The notes beneath the pieces are model-generated. The model had not been told where the DNA came from. It did no database searches and was given only the letters and a program-made list of their open reading frames with translations. 64,000 bases of DNA from Iphione sp. A-MEVVRFRX5 (Eukaryota), in NCBI GenBank assembly GCA_976226885.1, contig OZ320314.1, positions 48,918,001-48,982,000 of the forward strand, in the 5' to 3' direction. Positions 62,901 to 64,000 of this stretch are shown here, piece by piece (the first letter of the stretch is position 1; each line of letters opens with the position of its first letter). The position numbers and the translations under genes are program-made.

Positions 62901-63345
62901 GTAAACTTCTGTTTGTTCCTGCAAAATAAATACATGTGATGGTCATTAGTAACTGTGTGATATTTGTTTCGTGGTACTGTAAAAACAACATGTTGTATCT
63001 ATTTTCAAAAGCATTAAGTGATATATAGGTTCTCATTCAATGTTTATATGAAAATAAACTTGAATAAAAAATAAAACTTGAAAAAAAAAATGAATTTCAG
63101 CGTTGCTCCTTGCTCGTGTAACGGCGGGTTTACCACATAATGAAAACCGAACAAAACTCGAACTATATTAGAACCAAGTAACACCAGTTTCCAGTGCACT
63201 TGACTCGGCAAGTCATGTTGCTGGGTAAGGTAGACTTACAAGCTGTAAGGCGAGCGGTGTTTTGTCCCCTTCCGGTAGGTGCTCCTCCAACGCCAGAACG
63301 ATGCAGTTGGCAATGATAGTGAGCAGCACCATGTACTCGAAAGGC
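7081..63345 (-). CDS. Cav2: Multi-exon gene for a voltage-gated calcium channel alpha-1 subunit, Cav2 family (co-ortholog of CACNA1A/B/E; cacophony/unc-2-like); partial at both ends
   Basis: Phase-consistent exon chain encodes S1-S6 repeats with pore motifs TMEGWT (I), TGEDWN (II), TGEGWP (III), [22 protein letters not shown] and Cav2-typical [13 protein letters not shown]. Many exon sizes match those I recall for vertebrate CACNA1A (106,140,92,153,104,116,113,113,132,73,161,202,165,111,84 nt). Confidence 0.98.
9158..9283 (-). CDS. Cav2: Cav2 alternative IVS1-S2 exon B ([42 protein letters not shown])
   Basis: 126 nt; caacatgcag / gttggc; phase 0 to 0; paralogous to exon A. Confidence 0.9.
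9971..10081 (-). CDS. Cav2: Cav2 alternative IVS1-S2 exon A ([37 protein letters not shown])
   Basis: 111 nt; tttgctctcccag / gtaaga; phase 0 to 0. Confidence 0.94.
12879..13043 (-). CDS. Cav2: Cav2 exon, III-IV linker and IVS1 ([55 protein letters not shown])
   Basis: 165 nt; aatttccag / gtaagt. Confidence 0.97.
13557..13758 (-). CDS. Cav2: Cav2 exon, IIIS6 ([67 protein letters not shown])
   Basis: 202 nt; gttgacag / gtgcaa. Confidence 0.97.
13803..14176. repeat. Degenerate minisatellite, ~42-bp unit, about 8-9 copies
   Basis: Repeated CCTGTTTCCACTACATAGTTTGCAACACTTAGTAGTATAC-like units in the intron between the domain III pore and IIIS6 exons. Confidence 0.85.
14313..14456 (-). CDS. Cav2: Cav2 exon, domain III pore ([47 protein letters not shown])
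   Basis: 144 nt; ttctttcag / gtaagt; phase 2 to 2. Confidence 0.96.
14961..15121 (-). CDS. Cav2: Cav2 exon, IIIS5 ([54 protein letters not shown])
   Basis: 161 nt; tcttttcag / gtaagt. Confidence 0.97.
15510..15612 (-). CDS. Cav2: Cav2 exon, IIIS4 ([34 protein letters not shown])
   Basis: 103 nt; gtgttacag acceptor; GC donor AAG|gcaagt, required for a phase-0 join to AVFDCVV. Confidence 0.95.
16338..16349 (-). CDS. Cav2: Candidate 12-nt microexon, IIIS3-S4 loop (LRLP)
   Basis: tatctctctgttcag|ATTGCGTTTGCC|gtgagt; phase 2 to 2; no stop. Confidence 0.55.
16700..17050 (-). mobile_element. Decayed LINE reverse-transcriptase fragment, tentative
   Basis: Minus frame [11 protein letters not shown]...FLHDII.*KYVD resembles GVPQG..LGP...NDL...YVDD; heavily mutated. 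Confidence 0.25.
18201..18218 (-). CDS. Cav2: Candidate 18-nt microexon, IIIS3-S4 loop (NCKACG)
   Basis: gatttctgctgctttactatag|CAACTGCAAAGCCTGTGG|gtaagtgag; phase 2 to 2; no stop. Confidence 0.65.
20814..20920 (-). CDS. Cav2: Cav2 exon, IIIS3 ([36 protein letters not shown])
   Basis: 107 nt; atttccag / gtaagt; phase 0 to 2. Confidence 0.97.
21580..22234 (+). mobile_element. 5'-truncated LINE (CR1/L2/Crack-like) 3' end with a (CATTGT)n tail
   Basis: ORF2 C-terminus-like text [14 protein letters not shown]...[20 protein letters not shown]...FKAQIK, then a 3'UTR, AATAAA and tandem CATTGT. The 5' boundary is approximate. Confidence 0.75.
22715..22904 (-). CDS. Cav2: Cav2 exon, IIIS1-S2 ([63 protein letters not shown])
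   Basis: 190 nt; ttattttgcag / gtacgt. Confidence 0.97.
23168..23345. mobile_element. Short Tc1/mariner-like MITE
   Basis: Imperfect TIRs CAGCGGAAAGTC / revcomp CAGTGGAAAGCC; TA on the left; internal repeated TCTCTAAT-GGGAC motifs. Confidence 0.5.
23895..24009 (-). CDS. Cav2: Cav2 exon, end of II-III linker ([39 protein letters not shown])
   Basis: 115 nt; ctttttgcag / gtgagt; conserved [17 protein letters not shown]. Confidence 0.95.
25519..25625 (-). CDS. Cav2: Cav2 exon, II-III linker ([35 protein letters not shown])
   Basis: 107 nt; tttctttcag / gtgaga; phase 2 to 1 bridges the flanking exons. Confidence 0.8.
26926..27074 (-). CDS. Cav2: Cav2 exon, II-III linker ([49 protein letters not shown])
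   Basis: 149 nt; ttcattgtag / gtaagt; phase 0 to 2; only frame that fits. Confidence 0.8.
28153..28203 (-). CDS. Cav2: Probable Cav2 exon, II-III linker ([17 protein letters not shown])
   Basis: 51 nt; aactttcag acceptor; donor CAG|gtcaac is weak, so the 3' end of the exon is uncertain; phase 0 to 0 fits its neighbours. Confidence 0.65.
28295..28303 (-). CDS. Cav2: Candidate 9-nt microexon, II-III linker (LSK)
   Basis: gtgcaacgcttcag|TTATCGAAG|gtaagt; phase 0 to 0. Confidence 0.55.
29784..29884 (-). CDS. Cav2: Cav2 exon, IIS6 end ([34 protein letters not shown])
   Basis: 101 nt; U12 branch TACCTTGAC then ctctccag; donor gtaata (alternative donor gtgagt 21 nt further on). Confidence 0.93.
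29885..30504 (-). other. U12-type GT-AG intron inside IIS6
   Basis: 5' GTATCCTTG (30496-30504); branch TACCTTGAC (29898-29906) followed by tagccctctccag. Confidence 0.9.
30505..30625 (-). CDS. Cav2: Cav2 exon, domain II pore and IIS6 ([40 protein letters not shown])
   Basis: 121 nt; attgcag acceptor; U12-type donor GTATCCTTG. Confidence 0.96.
31451..31523 (-). CDS. Cav2: Cav2 exon, domain II pore loop ([24 protein letters not shown])
   Basis: 73 nt; tctttctag / gtaggt. Confidence 0.95.
33513..33644 (-). CDS. Cav2: Cav2 exon, IIS4-S5 linker and IIS5 ([44 protein letters not shown])
   Basis: 132 nt; ttccatcag / gtaagt; phase 2 to 2. Confidence 0.97.
34332..34447 (-). CDS. Cav2: Cav2 alternative IIS3-S4 exon C ([39 protein letters not shown])
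   Basis: 116 nt; catggcag acceptor, GC donor AG|gcaagt; phase 0 to 2; intact frame. Confidence 0.85.
35168..35280 (-). CDS. Cav2: Cav2 alternative IIS3-S4 exon B ([38 protein letters not shown])
   Basis: 113 nt; ctatgacag / gtgagg; phase 0 to 2; intact frame. Confidence 0.92.
35696..35720. repeat. (GA)n microsatellite just downstream of IIS3-S4 exon A
   Basis: agagagagagagagagagagcgaga. Confidence 0.9.
35759..35871 (-). CDS. Cav2: Cav2 alternative IIS3-S4 exon A ([38 protein letters not shown])
   Basis: 113 nt; actatag / gtaagt; phase 0 to 2; closest to the canonical sequence. Confidence 0.95.
36723..36835 (-). CDS. Cav2: Cav2 exon, IIS2 ([37 protein letters not shown])
   Basis: 113 nt; tttttgcag / gtaagt; phase 1 to 0. 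Confidence 0.96.
37201..37328 (-). CDS. Cav2: Cav2 exon, IIS1 ([42 protein letters not shown])
   Basis: 128 nt; gtccatccag / gtaagt; phase 2 to 1. Confidence 0.96.
39025..39124 (-). CDS. Cav2: Cav2 exon, I-II linker ([34 protein letters not shown])
   Basis: 100 nt; tctttccag / gtactc; conserved GSPFAR motif; phase 1 to 2. Confidence 0.92.
39212..39742. repeat. Long foldback inverted repeat (~240-bp arms, ~40-nt loop)
   Basis: 39212-~39454 is the near-perfect reverse complement of ~39495-39742 (gaggccatagtctgacggttgatagcactg... / ...cagtgctatcaaccgtcagactatggcctc). Confidence 0.95.
39907..40017 (-). CDS. Cav2: Cav2 exon, I-II linker ([37 protein letters not shown])
   Basis: 111 nt; ctctacacag / gtaaga; phase 1 to 1. 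Confidence 0.9.
40200..40220 (-). CDS. Cav2: Candidate 21-nt microexon, I-II linker (GYLSTMS, next codon T)
   Basis: GATATCTCTCCACCATGAGTA; ctttctccag acceptor, gtaagg donor; frame-preserving with no stop. Confidence 0.55.
42770..42781 (-). CDS. Cav2: Candidate 12-nt microexon, I-II linker (adds ARIK, next codon S)
   Basis: CTCGCATAAAAT after a very long pyrimidine tract ending gatccag; donor gtgggt; frame-preserving with no stop. Confidence 0.5.
43542..43601 (-). CDS. Cav2: Cav2 exon, I-II linker ([20 protein letters not shown])
   Basis: 60 nt; ttttgcag / gtgagc; phase 1 to 1; EEVIL follows the AID as in other Cav2 channels. Confidence 0.93.
43747..43862 (-). CDS. Cav2: Cav2 exon, AID / beta-subunit binding site ([38 protein letters not shown])
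   Basis: 116 nt; ttttgcag / gtgagt; phase 2 to 1. Confidence 0.97.
45419..45544 (-). promoter_or_regulatory. Candidate internal promoter and first exon: CRE palindrome, TATA-like box, GC-rich leader, 5' splice site
   Basis: 14-bp palindrome CTGTGACGTCACAG (45531-45544); ATAAATA 10 nt downstream of the CRE on minus (45517-45523); (GGT/GGC)n leader; donor gtacgt at 45418. Confidence 0.35.
46018..46058. repeat. (TGTC/TC)n simple repeat
   Basis: tctgtctgtctgtctgtctctgtctgtctctctgtctct. Confidence 0.85.
47926..47978. repeat. (GA)n microsatellite
   Basis: Visible GA/GAAA run. Confidence 0.95.
49104..49207 (-). CDS. Cav2: Cav2 exon, IS6 ([35 protein letters not shown])
   Basis: 104 nt; tttcatttcag / gtaagt; read directly from the sequence (absent from the ORF track). 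Confidence 0.97.
49665..49879 (-). CDS. Cav2: Cav2 exon, domain I pore loop ([13 protein letters not shown]...[34 protein letters not shown])
   Basis: 215 nt; ttttcag / gtgagt; contains the domain I selectivity glutamate. Confidence 0.96.
50488..50640 (-). CDS. Cav2: Cav2 exon, IS5 ([50 protein letters not shown])
   Basis: 153 nt; ttccttgcag / gtaaca; phase 1 to 1. Confidence 0.97.
53645..53690. repeat. (CT/CCCT)n simple repeat
   Basis: ctctctccctctctttctccctccctccctccctctctctctc. Confidence 0.85.
55863..55972 (-). CDS. Cav2: Cav2 alternative IS4 exon B ([37 protein letters not shown])
   Basis: 110 nt; tcttttag acceptor, gtacgt donor; phase 2 to 1; canonical IS4. Confidence 0.96.
58112..58453. 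mobile_element. Non-autonomous TIR element (Harbinger-like MITE)
   Basis: Ends GGCCCCGTTCAAATACAACCGGA / revcomp AGCCCCTCTCACATACAACCGGA; internal inverted repeat gggttcacattctgtgt...acacagaatgtgaaccc and a short tandem duplication. Confidence 0.55.
61093..61184 (-). CDS. Cav2: Cav2 alternative IS4 exon A ([31 protein letters not shown])
   Basis: 92 nt; ctattccctacag acceptor, gtaagt donor; phase 2 to 1; open frame with an S4 pattern. Confidence 0.88.
61790..62330 (+). mobile_element. Decayed LINE ORF2 fragment (endonuclease-RT linker), tentative
   Basis: Interrupted text resembling TR.N..., F.STF...LVD...P and ISALIQKR*K; multiple stops; similarity judged by eye only. Confidence 0.3.
62779..62918 (-). 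CDS. Cav2: Cav2 exon, IS2-IS3 ([47 protein letters not shown])
   Basis: 140 nt; ttttgcag acceptor, gtaggt donor; phase 0 to 2. Confidence 0.97.
63240..63345 (-). CDS. Cav2: Cav2 exon, IS1 ([35 protein letters not shown])
   Basis: 106 nt; preceded by a non-canonical AC acceptor with a U12 branch site; donor gtaagt. Confidence 0.95.
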
Positions 63346-63366
63346 GTGAGCAGTTCAGTTAAGGCA
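63346..63366 (-). other. 3' end of a U12-type AT-AC intron (branch CCTTAAC, terminal AC)
   Basis: Minus strand reads tatttgCCTTAACtgaactgctcAC|G; no upstream AG fits the frame. Confidence 0.85.
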
Positions 63367-64000
63367 AATACGTCGTGCACAGGCAGAAATATTCAATAGA
63401 TAATATCCTACATAGGTAGGAATTATTGCATTCATATATTCAGTATTGTCTTCTGTAATCTTAGTGTGTATGCTAATGTGTACGGAAAAAAGACAGTGGA
63501 GACTATAAGGAAAAGTACTTCTCACCATTTTCGGACGGCAGCGATATTTCATTCGATTCATCTTGACTTTGGAAGACTTACCGCTGGCTTCTTTGGCACA
63601 CAGTGTCTTACGATAGAAAATAGACACTTACCTTTCGAAGTACATGTACAGTGGAAAGTACTCAAATTAAGACATCCTGGGTGCTTGCATCAACTATGCC
63701 TACTTGAGATGTGTCCTTATTAGAGGCCATTCTGAAATATCACTGACGTCATAATTATTAGCATGAGATATTGGCATTCAACTTGTGTACTTCAGTCTTA
63801 TCGACCGTCTACATTTATTTATCTGTTCATTAATTTTCATAATAATAGTAATAAAGATTACCAAACAAAAGACGAAAATAAAAGTACAATTTAGACGCAC
63901 ATCATGGGAAAGTGACAATCTGAAGTTTCAAAGACACTCCCGTATTCGTTCTGGTCACTTGTATAAAGCAGTTGATCGTTTGCGGCGATATTTTCGATTC

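Noticed and set aside
1-64000. CRISPR arrays, rRNA, tRNA or prokaryotic operons
   Set aside because: None seen; the window is an intron-rich animal gene, and the remaining short ORFs in the track are intronic noise or read-through of true exons.

Overview
Eukaryotic (animal, invertebrate-like) genomic DNA. Almost the whole window is the interior of one large minus-strand gene for a Cav2-type (P/Q/N/R, cacophony/unc-2 class) voltage-gated calcium channel alpha-1 subunit. I could assemble a phase-consistent exon chain by hand from IS1 (63240-63345) to IVS3 (7081-7164). Exon 1 lies beyond the right edge, and IVS4 onward was not found, so it presumably lies beyond the left edge. The most striking structure is a set of tandemly duplicated, apparently mutually exclusive exons: two for IS4 (one lacks the first gating arginine), three for IIS3-S4 and two for IVS1-S2. 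There are also several frame-preserving candidate microexons in the I-II, II-III and IIIS3-S4 linkers. Other features are two U12-type introns (one AT-AC, one GT-AG), two GC donors, a ~240-bp-arm foldback filling one intron, a CRE/TATA-bearing candidate internal promoter after domain I, and ordinary intronic LINE/MITE remnants and satellites. No rRNA, tRNA or CRISPR features are supported. The species cannot be determined from the sequence alone. All splicing calls are predictions from splice signals, reading phase and protein similarity recalled from memory; no transcript data or database searches were available.
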